DNA of 64,000 nt. Source: an uncultured Dehalococcoidia bacterium (GTDB lineage Bacteria > Chloroflexota > Dehalococcoidia > Lucifugimonadales > GCA-2712585). Every line of letters begins with the position of its first letter. Position 1 is the stretch's first letter. The stretch lies in contig OX638324.1 of the NCBI GenBank assembly GCA_951812825.1, positions 1,051,141-1,115,140 of the forward strand, read 5' to 3'. Positions 8,398 through 16,708 of this stretch are shown here, one piece after another. A model generated the notes under the pieces. The model was not told the DNA's origin and ran no database searches. It was given only the letters and a program-made list of their open reading frames with translations. The translations under genes were made by a program, and so were the position numbers.

Positions 8398-8597
8398 CCA
8401 CCGCCTACGGGCCGGACTATCTCCACGACGTCGCCCTCGGAGAGGGTAATTTCTTGGAAGCTCTCTTTTTCGATAACCTCACCGTTGTAGCCAACAGCGA
8501 TGAACTGGGTGGAGATGTCGAGGCTCTCCAGGTAGTTGACCAGACCCGTAGGGGCGGAAAGTTCCTTGGGCTTGCCGTTTATGGTCAGGCGAATCAT
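8394..8597 (-). CDS. thiS: Sulfur-carrier protein ThiS
   Basis: MIRLTINGK...VEIVRPVGGG has the C-terminal GG. Its ATG overlaps the thiE stop (ATGA). The 76-aa track ORF is trimmed to Met10. Confidence 0.8.
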   Translation of the reverse strand: MIRLTINGKPKELSAPTGLVNYLESLDISTQFIAVGYNGEVIEKESFQEITLSEGDVVEIVRPVGGG

Positions 8598-9253
8598 GCC
8601 GCCGCTCCTTGTGTTTTTTTCCATGCACTGCGGATATCGTGCTTGAGCTTACACGCCGTCTCCCCGGGTTGGAGCGACGAAAGAATGGCGCTAATGACGG
8701 CTACTCCCGACGCGCCTGCGCGGACAACGTCTGCGGCGTTTCGGGCGTTGATGCCGCCGATGGCGAGATAGGGGATGGTGAGTATAGGCTCCAGGCTCTC
8801 AATGAAGGACAGGCCTTGGGGAGACCGGCCCGGATGGGAGCGGGTGGAGAAGACGGAGCCGGCGATGAGGTAGTCGGCTCCCTGGCGTTGGGCCTCCAGT
8901 GCGCCCTCGTTGTCGTGGACGGAGCGGCCTATGAGCATATTGTCGCCGACCAGGGAGCGGGCATCGGATGGGCTTAGGGCTTCTTCGCCGAGATGAACAC
9001 CGTCGGCGTTAGCAAGGAGGGCAACGTCTATCCTCTCGTTGATGATGAGCAGGGCTTTATCGTCTATGGCGCGTCTGATGTTCATGGCCAAGTCGAGCAA
9101 GAGGCGTCCCGGGAGGTCTTTTTCGCGAAGCTGCACGATGTCTACTCCGCCTTCGACGGCCAGGGCAATCTTTTGGGGGAGGGATGAGTCCTGGCATAGT
9201 CGACGGTCCGTGACTATGCAGAGGGCCGGACAGGGAAAGGGCAGCCGAGACAT
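8594..9253 (-). CDS. thiE: Thiamine-phosphate synthase
   Basis: LCIVTDRRLC...VDIVQLREKD...IGRSVH...DYLIAGSVFST...AIGGI pattern. It abuts the thiG stop. Confidence 0.85.
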   Translation of the reverse strand: MSRLPFPCPALCIVTDRRLCQDSSLPQKIALAVEGGVDIVQLREKDLPGRLLLDLAMNIRRAIDDKALLIINERIDVALLANADGVHLGEEALSPSDARSLVGDNMLIGRSVHDNEGALEAQRQGADYLIAGSVFSTRSHPGRSPQGLSFIESLEPILTIPYLAIGGINARNAADVVRAGASGVAVISAILSSLQPGETACKLKHDIRSAWKKTQGAAA

Positions 9254-10045
9254 TTAATCAGGAGGCGCGACGGGTTGGGGAACGTCCTGAGTGGGGCTGC
9301 TGGCGGAGGCGTAGAGTCTCCGGGAGATACGACCTGCCAGGAAGGCGTTTCGTCCAGCCTCGACACCCTGGCGGAAGGCGGTTGCCATGAGGACGGGGTC
9401 GTGGGCCTGGGCGATGGCGGTGTTGACGAGGACGGCATCGGCGCCCATCTCGAGGGCCTGGGAGGCTTCGGAGGGTACGCCGAGGCCGGCATCTACGACG
9501 ACTGGAACGCGGGCTTGCTCAATGATGATGCGTATCTCTTCGACGGTGTGGATGCCCTGGCCGGAGCCGATGGCGGAGCCGAGGGGCATGACGGTTGCGC
9601 AGCCGACTTCCTGGAGCTGATGGGCCAGGACCGGGTCGGCATGGATGTAGGGAAGGACTACGAAACCTTCACTCACAAGCTGTTCAGCGGCCTTTAGGGT
9701 TTGGGCCGGGTCCGGGAAGAGGTACTTGGGGTCCGGAATGACCTCCAGCTTGACCCAGTTGGAGCCAGTGACGGAGCGTCCCAGCTTGGCGATGAAGAGG
9801 GCCTCCTCCATGGTTTGGCATCCGGCGGTGTTGGGAAGAACGTCATAGACGTTCCAGTCGAGGTAGTCGAGGATGGTCTTTTCGTTGGGGTTGTCCAGGT
9901 CCAGGCGGCGGATGGCGACGGTAATCATCCCGGTGCCGGAGGCCTCCACGGCGTGGACCATGTCGTCCATAGTGCGATACTTGCCGGTGCCGAGAATCAG
10001 CCTGGACGGGAAAGTCTTGCCAGCGATGGTCAGTTGGTCTTCCAT
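9254..10045 (-). CDS. thiG: Thiazole synthase
   Basis: [23 protein letters not shown]...[12 protein letters not shown]. The start is trimmed to Met46 of the track ORF because the upstream 45 codons cover the riboswitch. Confidence 0.85.
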   Translation of the reverse strand: MEDQLTIAGKTFPSRLILGTGKYRTMDDMVHAVEASGTGMITVAIRRLDLDNPNEKTILDYLDWNVYDVLPNTAGCQTMEEALFIAKLGRSVTGSNWVKLEVIPDPKYLFPDPAQTLKAAEQLVSEGFVVLPYIHADPVLAHQLQEVGCATVMPLGSAIGSGQGIHTVEEIRIIIEQARVPVVVDAGLGVPSEASQALEMGADAVLVNTAIAQAHDPVLMATAFRQGVEAGRNAFLAGRISRRLYASASSPTQDVPQPVAPPD

Positions 10046-10107
10046 GATGCGCCTCAGAAACCCGCAAGATAAGAGCAAATGGTGAAGGGCTGAGGTTGAG
10101 TGAACCA

Positions 10108-10200
10108 TGATTCCTACGCCGGCATTATCCGGTTCAGGTTCAAACGGTCGCCCTCCGAGAGGGCCTCTCAGCCTGTCCAACCAGGCTCCCGTGGGGTGTA
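10108..10200 (-). promoter_or_regulatory. TPP (THI-box) riboswitch
   Basis: The minus strand reads CACGGGAGCCTGG...GGCTGAGAGGCC...GACCGTTTGAACCTGAACCGGATAATGCCGGCGTAGGAATC, which contains the conserved CTGAGA and ACCTGA.C.GGATAATGCCGGCGTAGGAA blocks. Downstream, CCTCAG can pair with the thiG SD region CTGAGG. Confidence 0.85.
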
Positions 10201-10213
10201 TTTCAATGGAGAT

Positions 10214-10242
10214 AGACTAGCACGGGGGTTGGATATCGTCAA
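10214..10242 (-). promoter_or_regulatory. Promoter candidate for the thi operon (TTGACG-17 nt-TAGTCT)
   Basis: On the minus strand: -35 at 10237-10242, 17-nt spacer, -10 at 10214-10219. This places the TSS just upstream of the riboswitch. Confidence 0.4.
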
Positions 10243-10305
10243 CGGCAGCGGTGGACAGAGCAATAGGGTCGAAGTATATTCGGGGCTAACTTTGGGTCTA
10301 CAGGA

Positions 10306-11496
10306 GTGGTAATGGCGGTATCTACGAGGACTTTGCGGGCAATGGAGGAGGGGGGCTGGATTCGGCGGATGTTTGAGGTTGGGGCGGAGCTTATGAAGGA
10401 GCATGGGGCGGAGAATGTTTTCGACCTGTCGCTGGGGAACCCGGTGATGGAGCCACCTGCGGAGTTGGTGGAGGAGATGCGGAGAATGGCGGGCTCAAAC
10501 GCGCCGGGGATGCACCGATACATGCCGAACGCGGGATACGTGGAGACGAGGGCGGCGATTGCAGAATCGCTGTCGGGGGAGACGGGGGTCCCGTTCACTG
10601 CCAATGAGATTGTGATGACGTGCGGAGCAGCAGGGGCGTTGAACGTTATCTTCGAGGCCATTCTGAACCCGGGGGATGAGGTGGTGATATTCGCGCCGTT
10701 CTTTGGGGAGTTCACCTTTTACATCGAGAACCACCAGGGCTGTCCGGTGGTGGCGCCAACGGATGAGGCGTTTATTCCAGACCTGGCTACGTTGGAGGGG
10801 CTGATAACGGAGAGGACGAGAGCGGTGCTGATAAACTCCCCCAACAACCCTTCGGGGGCGCTGTACCCGGAGGGGGTGGTGAGTCGGATAGGGGAGCTGC
10901 TCGGTCGGAAGGAGCGGGAGCTTGGCACGGAGATATTTCTGCTGAGCGACGAGCCGTACCGACGGATACTGTTCGACGGTCTGACGTACCCCCACATCTT
11001 TGGGCATCATCACGCAAGCGTGGCTGTACATTCGCACTCGAAGGACCTGGCGGTGCCGGGGGAGCGGATCGGGTATATCGCGGTGAACCCGGGTTACGCG
11101 GGGAAGGGGCTGCTGTTGGACGGGGTAATCTTCTGGAACCGGAGTCTGGGCTTTGTGAACGGGCCGGCGGTGATGCAGCATGCGCTGCGGGGGCTTCAGG
11201 GGGTGTCGGTGGATGCGTCGGTATACCAGAGGAAGCGGGACTATTTGTACAGGGAGCTAACGAGGATGGGATACGAGGTGGTGAAGCCACAGGGGGCATT
11301 CTATATGTTTCCGAAGTCGCCCATCGAGGATGACGTGGAGTTTGTGGGGGCGCTGCAGCGGAGGCGGGTGTTGACTGTGCCGGGGGTAGGGTTCGGGTCG
11401 CCAGGGCATTTCCGGCTGTCGTACTGCGTGGAGGACCGGGTGCTTGAGGGAGCGATGGAGGGGTTTGGGGAATGCGCGAGGGAGTTTGGGCTGTAG
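10306..11496 (+). CDS. Pyridoxal-phosphate-dependent aminotransferase, class I/II (aspartate/alanine aminotransferase-like)
   Basis: DLSLGNP...NSPNNPSGALY...HSHSKDLAVPGERIGY (PLP-lysine region)...FRLSYC. Confidence 0.8.
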   Translation: MVMAVSTRTLRAMEEGGWIRRMFEVGAELMKEHGAENVFDLSLGNPVMEPPAELVEEMRRMAGSNAPGMHRYMPNAGYVETRAAIAESLSGETGVPFTANEIVMTCGAAGALNVIFEAILNPGDEVVIFAPFFGEFTFYIENHQGCPVVAPTDEAFIPDLATLEGLITERTRAVLINSPNNPSGALYPEGVVSRIGELLGRKERELGTEIFLLSDEPYRRILFDGLTYPHIFGHHHASVAVHSHSKDLAVPGERIGYIAVNPGYAGKGLLLDGVIFWNRSLGFVNGPAVMQHALRGLQGVSVDASVYQRKRDYLYRELTRMGYEVVKPQGAFYMFPKSPIEDDVEFVGALQRRRVLTVPGVGFGSPGHFRLSYCVEDRVLEGAMEGFGECAREFGL

Positions 11497-11582
11497 GGAT
11501 TGGGGTGTGGTGTGGTGGAGGGGATGAGGGACAATCACCCCCATCCAAACCTTTCCCCTTCAGGGGGGAAGGGTGAAGGGGC
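11497..11582 (+). repeat. Intergenic repeat cluster: G-run plus module C
   Basis: GGATTGGGGTGTGGTGTGGTGGAGGGG, then ATCACCCCCATCCAAACCTTTCCCCTTCAGGGGGGAAGGGTGAAGGG. Confidence 0.7.
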
Positions 11583-11612
11583 GAGGGGTAGGGGATTTAA
11601 GGGAGGCGCGGG

Positions 11613-12137
11613 TTAAGTTTCGGTGAGGGATTCTCCGAGGCCGGCCTGGATGAAGCGCCGGGCGTTACGCTTATACATTGCGGCGCCGTTTTGGATGATC
11701 TTGAGGTGTTCGTCCTTAAGTGGGTGGACCTTGCCGGGGACTCCCACGACTACGGAGTTTGCGGGCACGTGGGTATCCGCAAGGACTACGGAGCCTGCGC
11801 CGATGATGCAGTTGTCGTCTATCTCGGCGTTCTCGAGCAGGACGGCGTTGACACCGACCATGACGTTGTTGCCGACGCGGTGGCAGTGGAGGACGGCGCC
11901 GTGGGTGACGACGACGTTGTCGCCGACTACGAGATAGTCGTCGGCGTGGAGGACGCAGTTGTCCTGGATGTTGGTGTTGCGTCCGACGCGGATGCTCCCG
12001 TAGTCGCCGCGAAGGACGGCGCCGGGCCAGATGCTGGAGTTTTCGCCGACATGTACGTTGCCCACCAAGTATGCGGCCTCGCTAACGAAGGCGGTGGGGT
12101 GGATGGTGGGGGTGAATCCGTTGAAGCTTCTAATCAT
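11613..12137 (-). CDS. Gamma-carbonic-anhydrase-like / hexapeptide-repeat (LbH) protein
   Basis: MIRSFNGFTPTIHPTAFVSEAAYLVGNVHVGENSSIWPGAVLRGDYGSIRVGRNTNIQDNCVLH. Start trimmed to Met19 of the track ORF. Confidence 0.75.
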   Translation of the reverse strand: MIRSFNGFTPTIHPTAFVSEAAYLVGNVHVGENSSIWPGAVLRGDYGSIRVGRNTNIQDNCVLHADDYLVVGDNVVVTHGAVLHCHRVGNNVMVGVNAVLLENAEIDDNCIIGAGSVVLADTHVPANSVVVGVPGKVHPLKDEHLKIIQNGAAMYKRNARRFIQAGLGESLTET

Positions 12138-12280
12138 GGCGATGGGTGGGCGGCATTGGGGTCCGCATACGCAAATGAATAAAGCAATCACCTCTGCAGA
12201 GGTGATTGCTTTGGTTCTTCATTTATTGGCGTAGCCCAAGAAGGGCGAGCCGGCCGCACTAGGCGGAAAGAGCAGGAAGC

Positions 12281-12703
12281 CTACTCCTCAAGCTTTTCGG
12301 CGATGATCGAAGCGGGTGCGACACTTTCGCCACTAGCGCCTTTGGCGTGGAGAGAAACAACGCCGCAGGAGGAAACGGGAGCGCTAACGGAGTCGTGGAA
12401 GGCCCCGGACTCACCTGGGAAGCCTGCGCCGACGAATAAGCGACCGGAGTCAGTTGCGATGGTAATGAGAACGACGTCGTCTACATCCCAGCCAGCGCCA
12501 TAGACGTCGAAGTTGGCCGTTCCTGCGCACTCTTCTACAATCGAGTGCAGGGGGCTAACCTGAACGGCGGGGCTGGCTGCATGACCGGAACCGCTGTTTG
12601 CGCCGGAACCAGCGCCCATTACGGCAGACACGCCAATAGCTACGACCAGGATTGAAACTAGCAGTCCTACTATGGTTAATCTGGACCCCAGGAAGCGACT
12701 CAT
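12281..12703 (-). CDS. Hypothetical secreted/membrane-anchored protein
   Basis: SD GGAGGAGG, N-terminal TM/signal segment LTIVGLLVSILVVAIGVSAV, then a Gly/Ser-rich linker. No family recognised. Confidence 0.5.
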   Translation of the reverse strand: MSRFLGSRLTIVGLLVSILVVAIGVSAVMGAGSGANSGSGHAASPAVQVSPLHSIVEECAGTANFDVYGAGWDVDDVVLITIATDSGRLFVGAGFPGESGAFHDSVSAPVSSCGVVSLHAKGASGESVAPASIIAEKLEE

Positions 12704-12872
12704 CTAACCTCCTCCAATTTTACTGTTTGATGTATGTCTTGGCTAAAGGCGCGGCAGCTGCAAGCAGGCCAGATGCCCGCGCAACTATCGTATGCGATAC
12801 GCCCCCGCGTCTTATGATTGGGAATGGTAGGCTCATCTCCGAAACTAGCGGTCTGTGCCTGTAAGCCGGTGC

Positions 12873-12902
12873 ATCGTAACACGTAAAAAAAGTCATTGTC
12901 AA
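12873..12902 (-). promoter_or_regulatory. Promoter candidate (TTGACA-18 nt-TACGAT) ahead of a ~160-nt leader
   Basis: On the minus strand: -35 TTGACA at 12897-12902 and -10 TACGAT at 12873-12878. The leader to ATG 12703 contains several GC-rich hairpins. Confidence 0.35.
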
Positions 12903-12973
12903 GAGAAATAGGGCACGTTAAAGGGGTGATAATGGCAATCGTGGGCAAGGGTGAGATTGGGGTCACGGGCGCG

Positions 12974-13981
12974 TCATTCCCCATCAACGGCTGCGGCTGC
13001 GGGCTGCTCGAGATAGAAGCCCTCTTGCCAAAGTTCGTCCAGCATGCGCAGTTCTTCATCAGAAAGGGGCGGTGTTTGGGCTGCTGCGGCGTATTCCTGA
13101 AGCTCATGGAGGTTGGTCAGGTTGGGAAGGACGGAGGCTATGGAGGGCTGGGCGAGGCAGAAGGCGATGGCACTCTGGGCGAAGGTGCGACCGGTGTCTT
13201 CGGCGAGGAAGCGCACGGTGTCGGCCTTGGCGAGGGCCTGCTTCAGCCATTCCTGCTTGCGGTGGGCGCGGTGGTCCGATGGGTCGAACTCCGGCGGGCC
13301 ATCGGCGTAGCGGTCGGTGAGGACTTCCGAGGCGTGGGGGACACGGGATATAAGCCCCACGTTGGTCTCTTCGGCGATGGGGAAGAAGCTGCGGGCGGGT
13401 TCCTGCTCAAGGATGCTGTAGATTATCTGCATGGCGCTGACATTGGGGTGGCGCAGTGCGGCTTCGCCCTCTTCGAACCAGCCGATGTCGGGGCCGATGG
13501 CGGCGGCGGCGTAGCGGACTTTTCCTTCCTTGACCAGCTCTTCGAGAGTTTCGAAGACTTCGTCCCTTTCGATGGCTTCCATCTTGGGATTGTGGAGCTG
13601 ATAGAGGTCGATGTAGTCGGTGCGGAGGCGGCGGAGGCTCTGTTCGCAGGCGTAGCGGATGAAGTCGGCTTCAAAGCGCTGAGGCCGTTCCTGGTGGCCG
13701 ATGCGTGGAACGTTGTTGTAGAAGTCGTAGCCGAACTTGGTGCCGATGACGACATCGTGGCGCTGTTTTGGGAGGGCCTTGGCGAGGATTTCTTCGCCGT
13801 AGCCCTTGCCGTAGGTGTCGGCGGTGTCGAAGAAGGTGACGCCGAGTTCAGCGGCCTCCTGGAGCAGGCGGATGCCATCGGGTTCGTCGATTTTGCCCCA
13901 CCAGCCGGTGGCGACGGTCCAAAGACCGAAGCCGACTTCCGAGAGGGTCAGGTCCGTTCCGGGGAGATCGCGATATTTCAC
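12974..13981 (-). CDS. Aldo/keto reductase family oxidoreductase
   Basis: LSEVGFGLWT...FFDTADTYGKGYGEEILAKAL...IDLYQLHNP. The stop lies at the repeat-free junction. Confidence 0.8.
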   Translation of the reverse strand: MKYRDLPGTDLTLSEVGFGLWTVATGWWGKIDEPDGIRLLQEAAELGVTFFDTADTYGKGYGEEILAKALPKQRHDVVIGTKFGYDFYNNVPRIGHQERPQRFEADFIRYACEQSLRRLRTDYIDLYQLHNPKMEAIERDEVFETLEELVKEGKVRYAAAAIGPDIGWFEEGEAALRHPNVSAMQIIYSILEQEPARSFFPIAEETNVGLISRVPHASEVLTDRYADGPPEFDPSDHRAHRKQEWLKQALAKADTVRFLAEDTGRTFAQSAIAFCLAQPSIASVLPNLTNLHELQEYAAAAQTPPLSDEELRMLDELWQEGFYLEQPAAAAVDGE

Positions 13982-14664
13982 GAGAGGGAGGCGGCCTGGG
14001 GTATTGTTGAAGCGTCCAAGGTCTTCTTTATTTGGGCGACGGCGTTGTTGAACTCGGTTTCGAGCATGACGGGGGTTAGACTGCCGAGAGAGAGGGGTTC
14101 CCGGAGGGTAATCCAGGACTTGCAGCCGCCGTAGGCCGGGAGGTTGGGGATTGTCCGGGGTTCATCGAGACTGTAGACGCGCAGGAGGAGGAGCCAGAGG
14201 GGCTGGCGGGGCTTCCAGCGGAGGCGCTTGTGGGCGTAGTCGTCGGACCAGATGTGGAAAGGGGAGATGCTTTTGAGGGCGTCGTCTTCGGATATTTCGA
14301 TGGCCTCGTGGAGTTTGGCCCAGTGGGTAAGGGTGACGGCTGAGGTTTTGGCGCCGTTGGCAGGAAGTTCGACGTTGGCCTGGAAGGGGGGCTTCAGGAG
14401 GTCCTTCTTCTGATGCTCATAGGTGGGAAAGAGGAGGAAGGAGGGATGGGCAGGGATGAACTTTTTACCTTCCTCGCGAATGCCGCCCTTACGGAGGAGG
14501 AGAAGCTGGCCGCCCTGCTGGAGGGCAGCGACGAAGGCGGCCCATTCTTTGAGGGCAATCTGGCAGGTTTCGGGCATAGACGTGGCGTCTTTCATCGTGC
14601 CATTAATGTTATCACTTGGGGATGTGGGCAACAACTTGGGGGTGGCCGGATGAGGGTTTTTCAA
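13978..14664 (-). CDS. DUF1802-like protein (start uncertain: TTG 14664, ATG 14595 or ATG 14577)
   Basis: IALKEWAAFVAALQQGGQLLLLRKGGIREE resembles the DUF1802 family from memory. There is a 4-nt overlap with the downstream AKR gene. Confidence 0.5.
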   Translation of the reverse strand: MKNPHPATPKLLPTSPSDNINGTMKDATSMPETCQIALKEWAAFVAALQQGGQLLLLRKGGIREEGKKFIPAHPSFLLFPTYEHQKKDLLKPPFQANVELPANGAKTSAVTLTHWAKLHEAIEISEDDALKSISPFHIWSDDYAHKRLRWKPRQPLWLLLLRVYSLDEPRTIPNLPAYGGCKSWITLREPLSLGSLTPVMLETEFNNAVAQIKKTLDASTIPQAASLS

Positions 14665-14752
14665 AGGCTGTGGATATGCAGGTGGACGTGCATGGGATGT
14701 GACAGGTAGTGGGGAGGGTTTAATTTCAATGAGATTGCATTTCCAATCCCAA

Positions 14753-14872
14753 GGGCAAAACGAAGGGTTCGTTTCCGAACTCCCAGGCGTGGAAGAGAGT
14801 CGTTAATGAAAACGAGTCTGGCGAAATTTGGTGAAATTCAGGCGTGAATACGGTGAATTTGGACTCGTTTTC
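14753..14872 (+). repeat. AT-rich structured element sharing a ~45-nt block with 38524-38573
   Basis: GGGCAAAACGAA-GGG-TTCGTTT hairpin, then CAGGCGTGG...GTCGTT.ATGAAAA. An 11-bp inverted repeat pairs GAAAACGAGTC (14808-14818) with GACTCGTTTTC (14862-14872). Confidence 0.55.
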
Positions 14873-15084
14873 CGTTTTCCGCGTTTTGAGGGTTTTTGGG
14901 AGATTTTCGATATTGCATATCATGCTATTGGGACGCATTGGAGTTGGGGAAACATCAGATGGATTGGAACAATTGCTCATGGTTAGAGATTAGCAGGGGC
15001 TCGGGGTTCATGGCAAGGGGAAGTTGGCAATTTTGAGGGGCTGGCGTTGTGGTGAGGGTGATGTGTGGGTAGAGGGAGGAAGAG

Positions 15085-15200
15085 TGTGCCCCCACATTCG
15101 CGTCGGTACGGGTAGGCTCTGGCGGGAATGACGGGAGAGTTAGATCCTTCGTCACTGTGCTGCGCCACGCTCAGGATGACGTGGGGGGTGTGGGGGGAGG
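15085..15200 (+). repeat. Intergenic repeat cluster: D' variant, D half, module A, G-run
   Basis: GTGCCCCCACATTCGCGTCGGTACGG, GGCTCTGGCGGGAATGACGGG, TAGATCCTTCGTCACTGTGCTGCGCCACGCTCAGGATGAC, GTGGGGGGTGTGGGGGGAGGG. Confidence 0.7.
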
Positions 15201-15204
15201 GCTG

Positions 15205-16401
15205 CTAGGAGGTGGGTGGGAGGTCGAGGGTTTGGAAGTGGATTTTGAACTGTGTGTAGCTGGAGAATCTGGCGATTTCCCGGATGAAGTCGCCGACGGT
15301 AGGGAGGGTTTCGCGGAATTGGACCAGCTCGTCGTAGATGGGGCTGACGGAGGCGGGGCTGTCGGCGTAGGTGCCGTGGAAAGCGAAGTAGGCCTGGTTG
15401 AGCTTTCGGATATAGTAGCCGTTTTCGAGGAATAGCTGACGCTGGCTTTCCATATAGGCTTCGGCTTCGTGAACGCGGCCTTCGGCCAGGAGTTCATCGA
15501 CGCGCAGTCGGGTATCGCGCATTGTCTCGCGAAAGCTGAAGGGCGGGTCGGCATCATCGGTGGCAGGTCGAGGGTTAGATGGAGCCGGAAGTTGAGGAGC
15601 AATGACATCCAGGACCCGGCGGGCGATTTCGTGGCCGGCGAGGTTAGCGGCGGACTCGTTGAGGGTGGTGGTGTCGGGGTCGCGGGCGTAGTTCTGTCCG
15701 AGGGGATGGAAGAACCAGTAGTGGTGGAGCCACTCGTGGGTGGCGATGTCGACGGCGCGGCGGAGTCCTCCGTCTATGACGACCATGGAGGGGTAGGTGG
15801 CGATGCCGCCGATGTTGACGACGAGGGCGGAGAGGTCCTGCTCTCGCAGGAGTTTTTCTTCCAGGGCCTGGCGGATGGGGACGTCCAGGTTGGGTTCGAG
15901 AATGTGGTCGCGCTGCCTTTCGATGGCGTGCCTGGGAGAAGTGATGAGGACGGACGGGGGATCCAGGAGGGCGAGATCGACGGGGGGCCAGATGAGGCCG
16001 AGGCGGGACTCGAAGCCTTCTTCGGCCAGGACGAGGCTTATCTGTTTTTCAAGCTGTTCTTCCGCCACGGGTTTTACGTCGTCGCGTTGGGATTCGAGGT
16101 CGCGGAGGGTTGCCGGTAGGTCGTCATTGAGATAGCCCGGGTCGGCTTCAAGCTGCTTTATCTTCTCGACGAGTTCGAAGAAGCGGTCGGCAGCCTGTTC
16201 GGAAGGAACGGGAGGGCTGTACCAGGGGATGGCCTGGACGGCCCGGTACCACCACTTGTCGAGGAAGTGGGAGGCTTCCCACTGGAGGATGCTGAGTCGG
16301 TGGGGCGCGGCGGCGAGATAGGTGGGCGTGTGGCTGTGTCCGCCCTGGCTAATCAGCAGCAGAAGGAAGGAGACGATGATGATGGCGAGGGTTCTTTTCA
16401 T
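15205..16401 (-). CDS. Uncharacterised membrane-anchored protein with HExxH motif (putative metallopeptidase)
   Basis: Signal/TM segment MKRTLAIIIVSFLLLLIS and motif ATHEWLHHYWF. Start trimmed to Met53 because upstream codons run through repeat modules. Confidence 0.55.
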   Translation of the reverse strand: MKRTLAIIIVSFLLLLISQGGHSHTPTYLAAAPHRLSILQWEASHFLDKWWYRAVQAIPWYSPPVPSEQAADRFFELVEKIKQLEADPGYLNDDLPATLRDLESQRDDVKPVAEEQLEKQISLVLAEEGFESRLGLIWPPVDLALLDPPSVLITSPRHAIERQRDHILEPNLDVPIRQALEEKLLREQDLSALVVNIGGIATYPSMVVIDGGLRRAVDIATHEWLHHYWFFHPLGQNYARDPDTTTLNESAANLAGHEIARRVLDVIAPQLPAPSNPRPATDDADPPFSFRETMRDTRLRVDELLAEGRVHEAEAYMESQRQLFLENGYYIRKLNQAYFAFHGTYADSPASVSPIYDELVQFRETLPTVGDFIREIARFSSYTQFKIHFQTLDLPPTS

Positions 16402-16708
16402 GGTTGCGGAGGGGTTTGGGGGAAAGGTTTTGAGGGGAAGGATATCAGGAAGGGGAGGGGGTTGGGAGTGGGGGTTGGGGATATTCACCCTCATCCCCCG
16501 CCTTGGCGGGGGCAGGCTCTGCGCGGGAATGGCGGTTATGACAACGTTTCCTTGCACGGGAACAAGAAGGGAGGGGCGGCGTTGCGGAGGCGATGGAGTG
16601 GGTTGGGAGTGGGGGAGCGGGCGGTTCGAGAACCGCCCCTGCGGGGGAGGGTTTGGGTGAAGGGGGATGGGTCCCCGCCTTCGCGAGGACAGGAGGAGGG
16701 GAGCGGCG
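16402..16708 (+). repeat. Large intergenic repeat cluster: G-runs, C variant, D half, D'' variant, B, D
   Basis: GGGGAGGGGGTTGGGAGTGGGGGTTGGGG; ATTCACCCTCATCCCCCGCCTTGGCGGGGGCAG; GCTCTGCGCGGGAATGGCGG; GTTTCCTTGCACGGGAACAAG; GAGCGGGCGGTTCGAGAACCGCCCCTGCGG; GGGTCCCCGCCTTCGCGAGGACAGG. Confidence 0.75.

Noticed and set aside
14726-14980. 84-aa minus-strand ORF in the AT-rich island.
   Set aside because: It has no SD or start context and no recognisable domain. Its composition is unlike the window's genes. The region is better explained as structured non-coding DNA.
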